Source: Pseudomonadota bacterium
GTDB taxonomy: Bacteria; Pseudomonadota; Gammaproteobacteria; Steroidobacterales; Steroidobacteraceae
Assembly (NCBI GenBank): GCA_025356075.1
Contig: JANXUT010000009.1
Coordinates: forward strand, 1-24,000
Direction: 5' to 3'
DNA length: 24,000 nt
The notes beneath the pieces are model-generated. The model searched no databases, had not been told where the DNA came from, and saw only the letters and a program-made list of their open reading frames with translations. This document shows positions 1 to 8,677 of this stretch, piece after piece. The stretch's first letter is position 1. Each line of letters starts with the position of its first letter. The translations under genes and the position numbers were made by a program.

Positions 1-8
1 GTCCCGAG

Positions 9-1961
9 TCAGTGCGGCAATGCGTACGCAACGACGTAGTCGCCGCGCGTCGAGTCGCCCTTGTAGCCACCCGCGGCGATCACGACGAACTGCCGCCCCC
101 CGATAGAGTAGGTCATCGGAGTCGCCTGTCCGCCGGCCGGCAGCTTGACCTCCCACAAGCGCTTCCCGGTGTCAGTGTCGAAGGCGCGCAGCCGGTCATC
201 GAGGCTCGCGGCGATGAAGACGAGCCCGCCCGCGGTGACGATCGGGCCGCCGATGCCTGGCATGCCGACATTCATGTGAATGAACGGAGTATCGCCGAGA
301 GGAATCTGCCATTTGATGGTTCCGCGGACCATGTCGACCGCCGTCAGCGTGCCCCACGGCGGCGCAATGCACGGCACGCCGAGGGCCGACTTGAACACCG
401 TGCGGCGCATCGCGTAGGGCGTTCCTTCCTGTCGCCCGAATTCGAAGTCCTTGTACTCCTCGGCCTGCGCCTCGCGGCGCAGGTCAGCCCGCGGGACGAG
501 CGTTACGACGAAGGGCAGGTTCATCGCGTAGGTGACCGCCAGCTGCCGCTTCGAATCAAACGCGACGCCGCCCCAGTTGACGCCGCCGGCATTCCCGGGT
601 CGCATCAGGGAGTCCTTGAGCGCCGGTGGCTGGAAGATGCCCTCCGATCGATAGCCCTCGATCCGGCTGCGGCATCCGCGGGTGTCGAACCAGGCGAGGC
701 CCCACGCATCGTCCGCGGTGATCGGTCCCTGCGGCGTCAGCGCCGGTGGCGCGACGGGGAACGGCTGGGTGGGCGAGGGATGTTCGCCCGCGACCGCATC
801 CTGTGGGACGGGCTTCTCCACGATGCCGAAGATGGGCGCCCCGGTGTCGCGATCGAACGTGAAGAGGAAGCCCGTCTTCGTCGCCTGGATGATGGCGGCC
901 ACGGGGTGGCCGTCGTGGATGAGATCGGCAACCGTCGGTTGCGAGGCGACGTCGTAGTCCCACAGGTCGTGGTGCACGAGCTGCTGGCCCCATTTGAGCT
1001 TGCCCGTGTCGCCCTCGAGAGCGACCACGGAGTTGGCCCAGCGATTGTCGCCGGGGCGTTCGCCGCCGAAGAAGTCAGGGCTCGCGGAGCCCGTCGGCAC
1101 GAACACGAGGTGCCTAGTCGGGTCGACCGACAGCGGCGCCCACGCATTGGCGGCGCTCGCGGTCTTGAGACTATCCGGGCTCCACGCCTTATATATGGGG
1201 TTGGTGGGATCGCGCGGGATGGGGTCCCAGCTCCAGACGAGGGCGCCGCTGCGGGCATCGAAGGCCCGTACCGTGCCAAGCTCCTCGAGCACCGCGCGGT
1301 TGTCGCCGATGGATGAACCGACGATGACCTTGCCATCGAGAATGGCCGGCGGAGACGTGACTAGGTAGTCGCGCCACTCGTCGCCATCCTCAAACTGGGA
1401 GCGGATGTCCTTGAGCAGGTTGACGGCCCCGTTGTCGCCGAAGTCGGTGCACGCCTTTCCCGTTGCGGCGTCGAGTGCGAGCAATCGCCCATCGAGAGTC
1501 GGGGCGTAGATGCGAGCGTGGCAGAGCGCATCGCGGGGGCTTGCCTCGTCGACCCACAGCGAAACTCCGCGCGACACGCCATCGGAATAGTGCAGGTCGT
1601 TGCGGCTCTGGCTGTCGTGGCGCCAGCGCAGGGCTCCACTCACCGCGTCGATCGCGATGACGTCGGTACTGCTGGTCGTGAGATAGAGCGCGCCGTTGTA
1701 GAGGATCGGCGTCGCTTCGAATGCCGATCGCTTCCAGTCCTTCACGCCGTTGCCAAGCTCGCCCGTGCGGAAGGTCCATGCGACCTTGAGGTCCGCGACG
1801 TTGGCGGGGGTGATCTCGTTGAGCGGCGAGTACCGCGTGCCGCCGGCATCGCCGCCGTACGCTGGCCAACCGGCATCCGGTGCACTCATCGCGGGCGCCG
1901 CAATCGCGGCCATCAGGAAGGCGATCCACGACCGCCGTCGGTACACGGGTGTTCCGCTCAT
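9..1961 (-). CDS. PQQ-dependent (quinoprotein) dehydrogenase, periplasmic, glucose/quinate-dehydrogenase-like beta-propeller
   Basis: ORF 9..1985 (658 aa). The N-terminal signal peptide (RRRSWIAFLMAAIAAPAMSA) is followed by 'DAGWPAYGGDAGGTRYSPLNEITPANVADLKVAWTF', the typical start of PQQ propeller dehydrogenases, and W-rich blade repeats run throughout. AAGGAG lies just upstream of the 2nd/3rd in-frame ATG, so I place the start at 1961 (longest ORF start is 1985). Confidence 0.85.
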   Translation of the reverse strand: MSGTPVYRRRSWIAFLMAAIAAPAMSAPDAGWPAYGGDAGGTRYSPLNEITPANVADLKVAWTFRTGELGNGVKDWKRSAFEATPILYNGALYLTTSSTDVIAIDAVSGALRWRHDSQSRNDLHYSDGVSRGVSLWVDEASPRDALCHARIYAPTLDGRLLALDAATGKACTDFGDNGAVNLLKDIRSQFEDGDEWRDYLVTSPPAILDGKVIVGSSIGDNRAVLEELGTVRAFDARSGALVWSWDPIPRDPTNPIYKAWSPDSLKTASAANAWAPLSVDPTRHLVFVPTGSASPDFFGGERPGDNRWANSVVALEGDTGKLKWGQQLVHHDLWDYDVASQPTVADLIHDGHPVAAIIQATKTGFLFTFDRDTGAPIFGIVEKPVPQDAVAGEHPSPTQPFPVAPPALTPQGPITADDAWGLAWFDTRGCRSRIEGYRSEGIFQPPALKDSLMRPGNAGGVNWGGVAFDSKRQLAVTYAMNLPFVVTLVPRADLRREAQAEEYKDFEFGRQEGTPYAMRRTVFKSALGVPCIAPPWGTLTAVDMVRGTIKWQIPLGDTPFIHMNVGMPGIGGPIVTAGGLVFIAASLDDRLRAFDTDTGKRLWEVKLPAGGQATPMTYSIGGRQFVVIAAGGYKGDSTRGDYVVAYALPH

Positions 1962-2043
1962 GCGCATGGACTCCTTTGCTGCCATCGCGCCAGTACCGGA
2001 CCATACCGGATTCTGGTGTCCGGGGCCGTCTCGCGGGAACCTG

Positions 2044-2886
2044 TTACCAGAGGAGGCGGGCCACGGCCTCGCGCTCGGAAGAGTCGAGCTCGAACTCGAA
2101 GATCGAGAGGTCCTCCTGCATGTGCGCCTCCGAACGCGTACCTGTCAGCGGTACCGCGCCGGCCTGCGTCAGGTACCGAAAGAGGACCTGGGCCGGCGTG
2201 CGCCGGTGGGTCGAGGCGAGCTCGATGACCGTCGGGTGCGAGAGGACCTGCGGATTCGCCGTGAGCGTCCAGAAGCTCTGGTAGAGGATTCCGTGGTCGC
2301 GACAAAACGTCCGCAAGTCGCGATCGTAGCCGGTGTCGGCGTAGAACCGGTTCTGGAGGACGGCGGGCTTCACGCGGGATGCCAGGTAGAGCTCGCGGAG
2401 CGTCTCAAGCTCATAACAATTGCTGATGCCCGCTTGCCGGACGCCACCGGTGTCAATGATCGACTCGATGGCACGCCACACCTCGAGCGTCTGCGCAGGT
2501 GTCGTGAGCGGCGAGTGAACCACGAGGCAGTCGAGATACGTGGTCCGGAGGTTCCGAAGCGACGCAGCAAAAGACTGGGCGACCTGATCACGGAGGGCCG
2601 CTGCCGGGTCGTAGGGGATGCGCGCCGGGTCGTGTCCCGACACGGACGTGAATTTCGTCTGCAGGTAGAGATCGGATCGGGCAAGCCCCTCGCCCAGGCA
2701 GCTTGCGACGCCTTCGCCAACGCCTGGCTCGTCGTAGTGCTTGGGCTGGCAGGCGGTGTCGATTCCGCGAAAGCCCGCCCTGATCGCCGTGCCGACGAGC
2801 CGCGCGGTGTCAGCCTTCTTCCACGCGGTCCCGTACAGGATTCCGGGCACCCGTACGCCGGCGGCGGAGGTCACGAAGGCGTCCAT
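2044..2886 (-). CDS. aldo/keto reductase family oxidoreductase (DkgA/2,5-diketogluconate-reductase-sized)
   Basis: 280-aa ORF with the AKR catalytic tetrad context: 'GIDTA' (Asp), 'KHYDE' (Tyr), 'LQTKF' (Lys), 'VVHSP' (His). It lies on the same strand as, and 58-82 nt upstream of, the PQQ dehydrogenase. Confidence 0.85.
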   Translation of the reverse strand: MDAFVTSAAGVRVPGILYGTAWKKADTARLVGTAIRAGFRGIDTACQPKHYDEPGVGEGVASCLGEGLARSDLYLQTKFTSVSGHDPARIPYDPAAALRDQVAQSFAASLRNLRTTYLDCLVVHSPLTTPAQTLEVWRAIESIIDTGGVRQAGISNCYELETLRELYLASRVKPAVLQNRFYADTGYDRDLRTFCRDHGILYQSFWTLTANPQVLSHPTVIELASTHRRTPAQVLFRYLTQAGAVPLTGTRSEAHMQEDLSIFEFELDSSEREAVARLLW

Positions 2887-3032
2887 GGCTCATTCTAAGG
2901 GAGGCACGCGACCCTGCCTGTCGCGCCGCAGCAGTCAGCGAAGAGTCAGCCGAGCGGCGACAAGCTCTCTCCGCGCTAGACTCCTGCCGGGGTTCCAAAA
3001 TTGTCCATGCGAGCACCGACGGGAGGTCAACC

Positions 3033-3293
3033 ATGAAGCTGTCGACGCTGGTTCTGGTTCTAGGCGCGTCTTGCGTCGTGCCTTGGGCCGTGGCGGATGA
3101 AACGCCGGCCGATCCCCTGGCGCCGCCCTCGCTCGCCGACCTCCACGCCGCCTGCGACGCCGACATCAAGAAGCTTTGCCCGGGCGTGCAGCCCGGCGGT
3201 GGTCGAATATTGGCGTGCCTGAAGCAGCACCAGGAGTCGGTTTCCGACAACTGCAAGCTGACTGTCGTGCGCGCGGCCCACAGTTCGGGCTGA
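3033..3293 (+). CDS. small secreted cysteine-rich-repeat protein
   Basis: 86-aa ORF with GGGAGG SD 6 nt upstream and signal peptide MKLSTLVLVLGASCVVPWAVA. It contains a single 'C-x2-D-x3-C-x-G-V-x-P-G-x-G-R-I-x-x-C-L ... S-x-x-C' unit (ACDADIKKLCPGVQPGGGRILACLKQHQESVSDNC), typical of the bacterial cysteine-rich repeat. Confidence 0.75.
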   Translation: MKLSTLVLVLGASCVVPWAVADETPADPLAPPSLADLHAACDADIKKLCPGVQPGGGRILACLKQHQESVSDNCKLTVVRAAHSSG

Positions 3294-3350
3294 ATCAGTT
3301 CTTAGATTCCGAATCGATCGGGTACAAGGCCGTTCGAGCGTGAGGTAGTC

Positions 3351-4505
3351 ATAAGTGATCGTCGCTGTGCTCAGCTGCTAGTCGTCTCGTCGGCCGTCGC
3401 ATGGAGCTGCGCGGTCAGCGCCGCCGGTTCCGACGCGGCGGGCGATCACTTCTTTCGCATGAAGCAGGTGAAGATCATGGACGCGGGCATGAACCAGGCG
3501 CCGGCAATCGACCTCAGGATCCCGACCGCCTGGCAATTCCACGGCGAGGTGCGCTGGGGTGGGGGTGCCGGCGGCTGATTTGCCGATGCTGCGGCGGTCT
3601 TCATCCATGCGCAGAGTACCGACGGCTCGGTGGTGTTCGAGGGCATCCCGAACTTCACCTGGCAATATGCCGACGACCTCGGAACCCAGCGCTCGATGGT
3701 CCAGGAGAACCAGCAGGGTACGAGAGTCGGCCTGAAGCCATGCCCGGTCATCCGGCCTAGGCCGGCGGCCGACTTCCTGCGTCAGGCCATCCTCCCCAAG
3801 TTTCGAAGCGGCAAACGGGTCGTCTCCGTCGAGCCGCTGCCGGAATTCAACCAGATGGCACGCCAGCGGCTCGGTCTACCGCCGGACCGGGGCGGTACGG
3901 GCGCCCAAGCGGCCACGCGCACAGACGCCGCCCGTGCGCGCCTCGAGTACGAGGTCGACGGCAAGACCGTCGAGGAGTGGCTGACCACCGTGGTCGTCGT
4001 GCGCATCCTCCCCGCCGGTCGCGGCAATGGCTACGATTGCCACGCGCTGATGACGCTGTCGCTGCGCGCACCGAAGGGGCAGCTCGAGGGAAATGACAAG
4101 CTGTTCAAGCTCATGGCCAGCACCATTCGCCGCGAGCCGCGCTGGAATTCCGAGGTTAACGGCATGATCGCGCAGCTTTACCAGAAAAAGCGCGAGGAAG
4201 AGGCCAAGCGCTCCGCGATTGTCGCCGCCTTCCAGCAGCACGTCGCCGACACGCTCAACGAGGTGACGGCCAACCAGATGCGCGGGGCGAACGCTTCCGC
4301 GTTCGCGGCCGACCAGAATATCCGGGGCGTGCAGACTTTCCGTGACCCGAGCAGCGGCGGCACGGTCGAGTTCAGCAAGCTGTACGACCATGCGTGGTTC
4401 AACGGCTCGAACGAGTACGTGATGAGCGATGACCCGACTTTCAGCCCCAACGGCCGGCTGAACGGCAACTGGACCTCGTTGCAGCCCGTGCGGCCGCAGC
4501 CCTAA
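3351..4505 (+). pseudogene. probable full extent of the same gene: signal-peptide-bearing N-terminal part (3351-3575) separated from 3579-4505 by in-frame TGA 3576-3578; pseudogene or recoded gene
   Basis: The frame of 3630 read upstream gives ISDRRCAQLLVVSSAVAWSCAVSAAGSDAAGDHFFRMKQVKIMDAGMNQAPAIDLRIPTAWQFHGEVRWGGGAGG-TGA-FADAAAVFIHAQSTDGSVVFEGIPNF. GC3 is high on both sides and the N-terminus looks like a signal peptide. The frame is confirmed against the overlapping ORF-track entries 3401..3760(+) and 3446..3751(-). Confidence 0.4.
3630..4505 (+). CDS. hypothetical protein (family not recognised); ORF as delimited by the first start codon after an in-frame TGA
   Basis: 291-aa ORF (GTG start) with consistently high third-position G+C. 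I recognise no motif. The coding signal continues upstream of 3630 in the same frame (see the 3351..4505 entry). Confidence 0.6.
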   Translation: MVFEGIPNFTWQYADDLGTQRSMVQENQQGTRVGLKPCPVIRPRPAADFLRQAILPKFRSGKRVVSVEPLPEFNQMARQRLGLPPDRGGTGAQAATRTDAARARLEYEVDGKTVEEWLTTVVVVRILPAGRGNGYDCHALMTLSLRAPKGQLEGNDKLFKLMASTIRREPRWNSEVNGMIAQLYQKKREEEAKRSAIVAAFQQHVADTLNEVTANQMRGANASAFAADQNIRGVQTFRDPSSGGTVEFSKLYDHAWFNGSNEYVMSDDPTFSPNGRLNGNWTSLQPVRPQP

Positions 4506-4539
4506 GGCGCCCCGCGCCCGCGTTCATCGGCCGCGACGC

Positions 4540-5811
4540 CTAGCGGCAGACGACGTCCGCTGCCACCCGGATTGCGTCGTAAATCGCGGTGAGGTCATCC
4601 GCCGTGACGCAGTAGGGAGGCATCACGTAGACCGTGTTCCCGAGCGGCCGCAACAGGATGTTCGCCGCCTGAAACGACGCGTGCAGCTTAGGTCCGATCG
4701 CCGCGAGGTAGCCATTGTCCGGGGCCGCTATGTCCATCGCGGTGATCGTCCCGCTCTGTCGGACGTTCAGGAAGCGACGATCGTCGCGAAACCGGTCGAG
4801 TTCCCGCGACTGGCGCGCGGCGAGTTCAGTCACCCGGCCGAGCACCGGCTCCTCGTCCCAGATCGCGATGTTCTCGGCCGCCGCTGCACAGGCGATGGGA
4901 TTGGCTGTGTACGAGCTCGAATGGAAGAACGTCCTTCGCCGGTCCGTCGACCAGTGCGCGGTGAAGATCTCGGGGCGGCAGAGGGTCGCGGCGAGTGGCA
5001 AGAGGCCGCCCGTGAGTCCCTTCGAGTAGCAGGCGATGTCGGGAGTGATCCCGGCCTGTTCGCACGCAAACATCGAGCCCGTCCTGCCCCAGCCGGTCAT
5101 GACTTCATCGGCAATTAGAAGGACACCCCCACGCGCGCAGATGCGAGCCATCTCCGCGAGCACGGCCGCAGAGTACATCAGCATTCCGCCGGCCCCGAGT
5201 ACCAGCGGTTCGACGATGAAGGCCGCAACGTCGCCCGCGCGGCAGAGCGTGTCGAGTGCGACGAACGTAGCCTCCTCGCGGCCGGCGGTCGGAAACGGCA
5301 CCTGCGCGACGTCGAAGAGGAGCGGCTCGTAGGCCGCGGTGAATACGCTGCGGGCGCCGACCGACATCGTGCCGACCGTGTCGCCGTGGTAGCTGTGCTC
5401 CATCACGACGATTCGCCGGCGCCGTTCACCGACGTTGTGCCAGTAGCCGAGCGCCATCTTGAGCGCGACTTCGACGCTCGTGGAGCCGGAATCGGAATAG
5501 AACACGTGGGCGAGCCCGGGCGGAGCGAGCGCGACGAGGCGCTCGGCGACCCGCTCGGCGGGCTCGTGCGTGAATTCCGCGAAGATGACCTGGTCGAGGG
5601 TCTCGAGTTGCGCCTTGACCGCCGCTACGATCCGCGGGTGGCGATGCCCGTGGGTAATGACCCACCAGGAAGAGATGGCATCGAGCACGCGCCGCCCGTC
5701 ATCGGTCATCAGGTACGCGCCCTCCGCGCGGGTCACGACGGGGAGCGTGGGGCGCAGCGCGTGCTGCGTGAACGGATGCCAGACGGGTGACGAGCGCGGC
5801 TTGTCCATCAC
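4540..5811 (-). CDS. bioA: adenosylmethionine-8-amino-7-oxononanoate aminotransferase
   Basis: 423 aa with class-III aminotransferase/BioA motifs 'WHPFTQH', 'SSWWVITHGHRHP', 'DEVMTGWGRTG' and PLP-Lys context 'CYSKGLTGG'. The GTG start overlaps the bioD stop (TAGTG); an ATG follows one codon later at 5808. Confidence 0.93.
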   Translation of the reverse strand: MMDKPRSSPVWHPFTQHALRPTLPVVTRAEGAYLMTDDGRRVLDAISSWWVITHGHRHPRIVAAVKAQLETLDQVIFAEFTHEPAERVAERLVALAPPGLAHVFYSDSGSTSVEVALKMALGYWHNVGERRRRIVVMEHSYHGDTVGTMSVGARSVFTAAYEPLLFDVAQVPFPTAGREEATFVALDTLCRAGDVAAFIVEPLVLGAGGMLMYSAAVLAEMARICARGGVLLIADEVMTGWGRTGSMFACEQAGITPDIACYSKGLTGGLLPLAATLCRPEIFTAHWSTDRRRTFFHSSSYTANPIACAAAAENIAIWDEEPVLGRVTELAARQSRELDRFRDDRRFLNVRQSGTITAMDIAAPDNGYLAAIGPKLHASFQAANILLRPLGNTVYVMPPYCVTADDLTAIYDAIRVAADVVCR

Positions 5812-6449
5812 TACGCTCCGGCCGCGAGAAACGGCGCGAGCGCGAATGCCGCGGTGAACGCGCTCTTGAGCGTCGCTGGCGTCAGCGGCGCGAGGCGTGG
5901 CAGCCGGCCGAGGATACGGATCCGGCCGAACTCGGCAATCGCGCGCTCGTTCTCCGCGTGCGCATCGCCTAGCAGCGCGACGCCGAGGATCGGGATCGAG
6001 CGGTACCGCAGCGCCTCGATCGACAGGAGGGTGTGGTTGATCGTCCCGAGGGACGTCCGCGCGCAGAGCACCGTGGGGATCTGCCAGCGTGCAAAGACAT
6101 CGGCCAGCAGGGTCGCCCGGTTGAGCGGCACGAGGAGCCCGCCCGCGCCCTCGATGACGAGCGGCAGGGTGGTCTCGGGCGGAGAGAGCGCCGTCGCGTC
6201 GATCGCGACGCCATCGATTTCCGCCGCCAGGTGCGGTGATGCCGGCGTGCGAAGCCGCCAGGCCTCGGGGTATATCCGCTCGTCGGTGAGACCGCCGAGG
6301 CGCCGAACGACTTCCGTGTCCGTCTCGCCCTCGAGGCCAGCCTGCACCGGCTTCCAGTACGCGCCACTGAGGCTCCCCGCGAGCGCGGCGGCGAATACCG
6401 TTTTGCCGATGCCGGTGTCAGTGCCGGTAACGACTATTCGTATGCCCAT
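5811..6449 (-). CDS. bioD: ATP-dependent dethiobiotin synthetase
   Basis: 212 aa with N-terminal P-loop '[12 protein letters not shown]' and 'EGAGGLLVP'. It sits between bioF and bioA, and its start overlaps the bioF 3' end by 16 nt. Confidence 0.92.
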   Translation of the reverse strand: MGIRIVVTGTDTGIGKTVFAAALAGSLSGAYWKPVQAGLEGETDTEVVRRLGGLTDERIYPEAWRLRTPASPHLAAEIDGVAIDATALSPPETTLPLVIEGAGGLLVPLNRATLLADVFARWQIPTVLCARTSLGTINHTLLSIEALRYRSIPILGVALLGDAHAENERAIAEFGRIRILGRLPRLAPLTPATLKSAFTAAFALAPFLAAGA

Positions 6450-7585
6450 CGCGCGCCACTCTCGAACTGCTCGCGGATCGCCTCGCCGAGCGCGGTGACC
6501 GCGCCGACGTCGACGTTCAAGGTGAGGGAAATCCTAAGTCGCGCGGTTCCCTCCGGAACAGTCGGCGGGCGCACCGCGCGCACATCGAAGCCGCGTTCCT
6601 GCATGGCGAGCGCGATCGCGAGCGCTTGCCGGTCGTCGCCGACGATGATGGGCTGTATCTGCGAGTCGGTCGCACGCTGGCCGTTCGGTAGGCGCACGTG
6701 CAGGCTGTACGCGGCCACGAGCTCGGCGAGACGCGTGCGTCGTTCCGGTTCATCGCGAAGGATCAGGATCGCCTCGAGCGCCGCCACGGCCATCAGCGGC
6801 GATGGGGCGGTTGCGAAGATGAACGGACGGCAGCGGTTGATCAGAAAGTCGGCGAGGACGCCGGCGCAGGTGACGAGTGCGCCGGAGCCCCCGAGCGCCT
6901 TCCCGCAGGTATGCAGGACGATGATGTTGTCGCGACCCTCGAGTCCCGCGGCGAGGCCTCGGCCGTCGGGTCCGTAGACGCCGGTCGCATGCGCCTCGTC
7001 GATGTAGAGGAACGCATCGTGCCGGTCGGCGAGCGTCACGAGGTCGGCAAGCGGTGCCCGATCGCCGTCCATGCTGTAGAGACTCTCGACGAAGAGCCAG
7101 GGGTGGCCGCGGCCGCCGCGGCTCCGCCAGGCGCGGATCGTCGACTCGATGGCCGAGCAGTCGTTGTGGCCCGCCGTCGCGACTTCCGCCCGGCCGGCGC
7201 GAGCGCCTTCGCGGGCGCTCGCGTGCGAGAGCTCATCGAGCACGACGAGGTCATCGCGTTGCGGCAGCGTCGAGAGCACGGCAAAGTTCGCGACGTAGCC
7301 GCCGCCGAAGAAGAGCGCGCGCTGCGAACCGAAGAAAGCGGCGGCCTGCGCCTCGAGCGCCTCGTGTTCGGGCGCATTGCCACGCAGGAGCCGTGACCCG
7401 GTGGCGCCGATCGACGTTCCACCTGCGAGCGCACGCGCGAGCGCGTCGGCGATTCGCGTCGAGGTCGCGAGACCAAGGTAGTCGTTCGAAGTGAAGTCGA
7501 TGCCCCGGCGGGCGCTCAGTGAGCGGTTGCGGCTGCGGTCGCGGAGCTCCCGGAGCGCTGCCTCGTACGGCTCAAGCGCGGCCAC
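6434..7585 (-). CDS. bioF: 8-amino-7-oxononanoate synthase
   Basis: 383 aa with '[10 protein letters not shown]', '[10 protein letters not shown]' and PLP-Lys context '[12 protein letters not shown]'. The GTG start lies 10 nt after the bioB stop. Confidence 0.92.
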   Translation of the reverse strand: MAALEPYEAALRELRDRSRNRSLSARRGIDFTSNDYLGLATSTRIADALARALAGGTSIGATGSRLLRGNAPEHEALEAQAAAFFGSQRALFFGGGYVANFAVLSTLPQRDDLVVLDELSHASAREGARAGRAEVATAGHNDCSAIESTIRAWRSRGGRGHPWLFVESLYSMDGDRAPLADLVTLADRHDAFLYIDEAHATGVYGPDGRGLAAGLEGRDNIIVLHTCGKALGGSGALVTCAGVLADFLINRCRPFIFATAPSPLMAVAALEAILILRDEPERRTRLAELVAAYSLHVRLPNGQRATDSQIQPIIVGDDRQALAIALAMQERGFDVRAVRPPTVPEGTARLRISLTLNVDVGAVTALGEAIREQFESGARWAYE

Positions 7586-7595
7586 GGCGGCGGCT

Positions 7596-8609
7596 TCAGT
7601 CGGCCGTCGCCGGGCGGATGCCGAGGCGGCGGAGCAACGCGGCGTCGGCGTCCTCGCTCGGATTGTCGGCGGTCAGCAGCGTATCGCCGACGAAGATCGA
7701 GTTGGCGCCCGCCAGGAAGCACAGCGCCTGTGTCTCGTCGCTCATGGCCGTACGTCCCGCGGACAGCCGCACGTAGGACGTCGGCATGAGGACCCTCGCG
7801 AGCGCGATCGTCCGCACGAAGCTGATCGGGTCGACAGCCTGCGCGTCGGCGAGCGGAGTGCCCGGAATCGGGATCAGGCTGTTGATCGGTACGCTCTCGG
7901 GGGCTGCCGGGAGGTTCGCGAGCGTCACCAGCATCGCGATCCGGTCGGCGACTTCCTCGCCCATGCCGATGATGCCGCCGCAGCACACCTTCATGCCGGA
8001 TGCGCGCACGTGCTCGAGTGTCTCGAGGCGATCGGCGAAGGTCCGGGTCGACACGACGCTCGAGTAGTAGCGCTCCGACGTATCGATGTTGTGGTTGTAG
8101 TAGTCGAGGCCCGCGTCGCCGAGCGCCTGGGCTTGCTCGCGGCTCAGCATCCCGAGGGTCATGCAGGTCTGGAGGCCCAGTGCCTTCACGCCCTGGATCA
8201 TCGCGACGAGGCGGGCGGTGTCACGGCCCTTCGGGCCCCGCCAGGCCGCGCCCATGCAAAAGCGCGTTGCGCCGCCGTCCCTGGCCTCGCGCGCGCCCGC
8301 GATGACCGCTTCGACGTCCATGAGCTTCGTGGCCTTGAGACCCGAATCAAAATGCGCCGACTGGCTGCAGTAGCCGCAGTCCTCCGGGCAACCGCCGGTC
8401 TTGATGCTCATCAGGCGGCTCAGCTGCACGCGATTCGGGTCGAACGACTCCCGATGGACGACCTGCGCCTGGAACAGCAAGTCCGCGAACGGAAGGTTGT
8501 AGAGCGCCTCGGCGGCCGCGACGGTCCAGCGGCCGGTCGACTCGCCAGCCAGCGGGGCGACGCCGGGTGTCGCGCCCGTGTGTTCGAAAGCCGTCGCATC
8601 TACGCTCAT
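7596..8609 (-). CDS. bioB: biotin synthase (radical SAM)
   Basis: The ORF track gives 7596..8786. It carries the radical-SAM cluster motif '[13 protein letters not shown]' plus 'YNHNIDTS' and '[10 protein letters not shown]'. I moved the start to ATG 8609 (MSVDATAF...), which has GAAGAGG about 5 nt upstream. The 59 upstream codons are R/W/C/G-rich and unlike BioB. Confidence 0.92.
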   Translation of the reverse strand: MSVDATAFEHTGATPGVAPLAGESTGRWTVAAAEALYNLPFADLLFQAQVVHRESFDPNRVQLSRLMSIKTGGCPEDCGYCSQSAHFDSGLKATKLMDVEAVIAGAREARDGGATRFCMGAAWRGPKGRDTARLVAMIQGVKALGLQTCMTLGMLSREQAQALGDAGLDYYNHNIDTSERYYSSVVSTRTFADRLETLEHVRASGMKVCCGGIIGMGEEVADRIAMLVTLANLPAAPESVPINSLIPIPGTPLADAQAVDPISFVRTIALARVLMPTSYVRLSAGRTAMSDETQALCFLAGANSIFVGDTLLTADNPSEDADAALLRRLGIRPATAD

Positions 8610-8640
8610 CGTGACCTCTTCGAGTAATGCCTTCGACCCG

Positions 8641-8677
8641 TGTCCACCGACTCTACACTGGGAGCCGCCGGTGGAGA
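8641..8677 (-). promoter_or_regulatory. candidate bio operator: imperfect inverted repeat TGTCCACC-N21-GGTGGAGA upstream of bioB
   Basis: The repeat has 8-bp arms with 7/8 complementarity and lies 32-68 nt upstream of the bioB ATG. Its architecture (TGT..ACC ... GGT..A.A) recalls BirA-type operators, but the spacer is longer than the E. coli bioO spacer. Confidence 0.3.

Noticed and set aside
12-1316. 434-aa ORF on the plus strand, antisense to the PQQ dehydrogenase.
   Set aside because: It is R/A/G/D-rich low-complexity sequence with no motifs. Long antisense ORFs are typical of high-GC DNA, and the minus-strand PQQ dehydrogenase fully explains the region.
3579-3640. Possible SECIS-like hairpin after the in-frame TGA (CUGCG ... 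CGCAG, with a loop containing GGUCUUC).
   Set aside because: The stem is only 5 bp with a 16-nt loop, and its geometry does not match the bacterial SECIS I remember from fdhF. I keep it as a caveat inside the TGA finding, not as a feature.
7491-8627. 378-aa plus-strand ORF, antisense to bioB and the bioF 5' end.
   Set aside because: Its composition is R/A/H/D-rich and it has no recognisable domain. The opposite strand encodes an unmistakable BioB.
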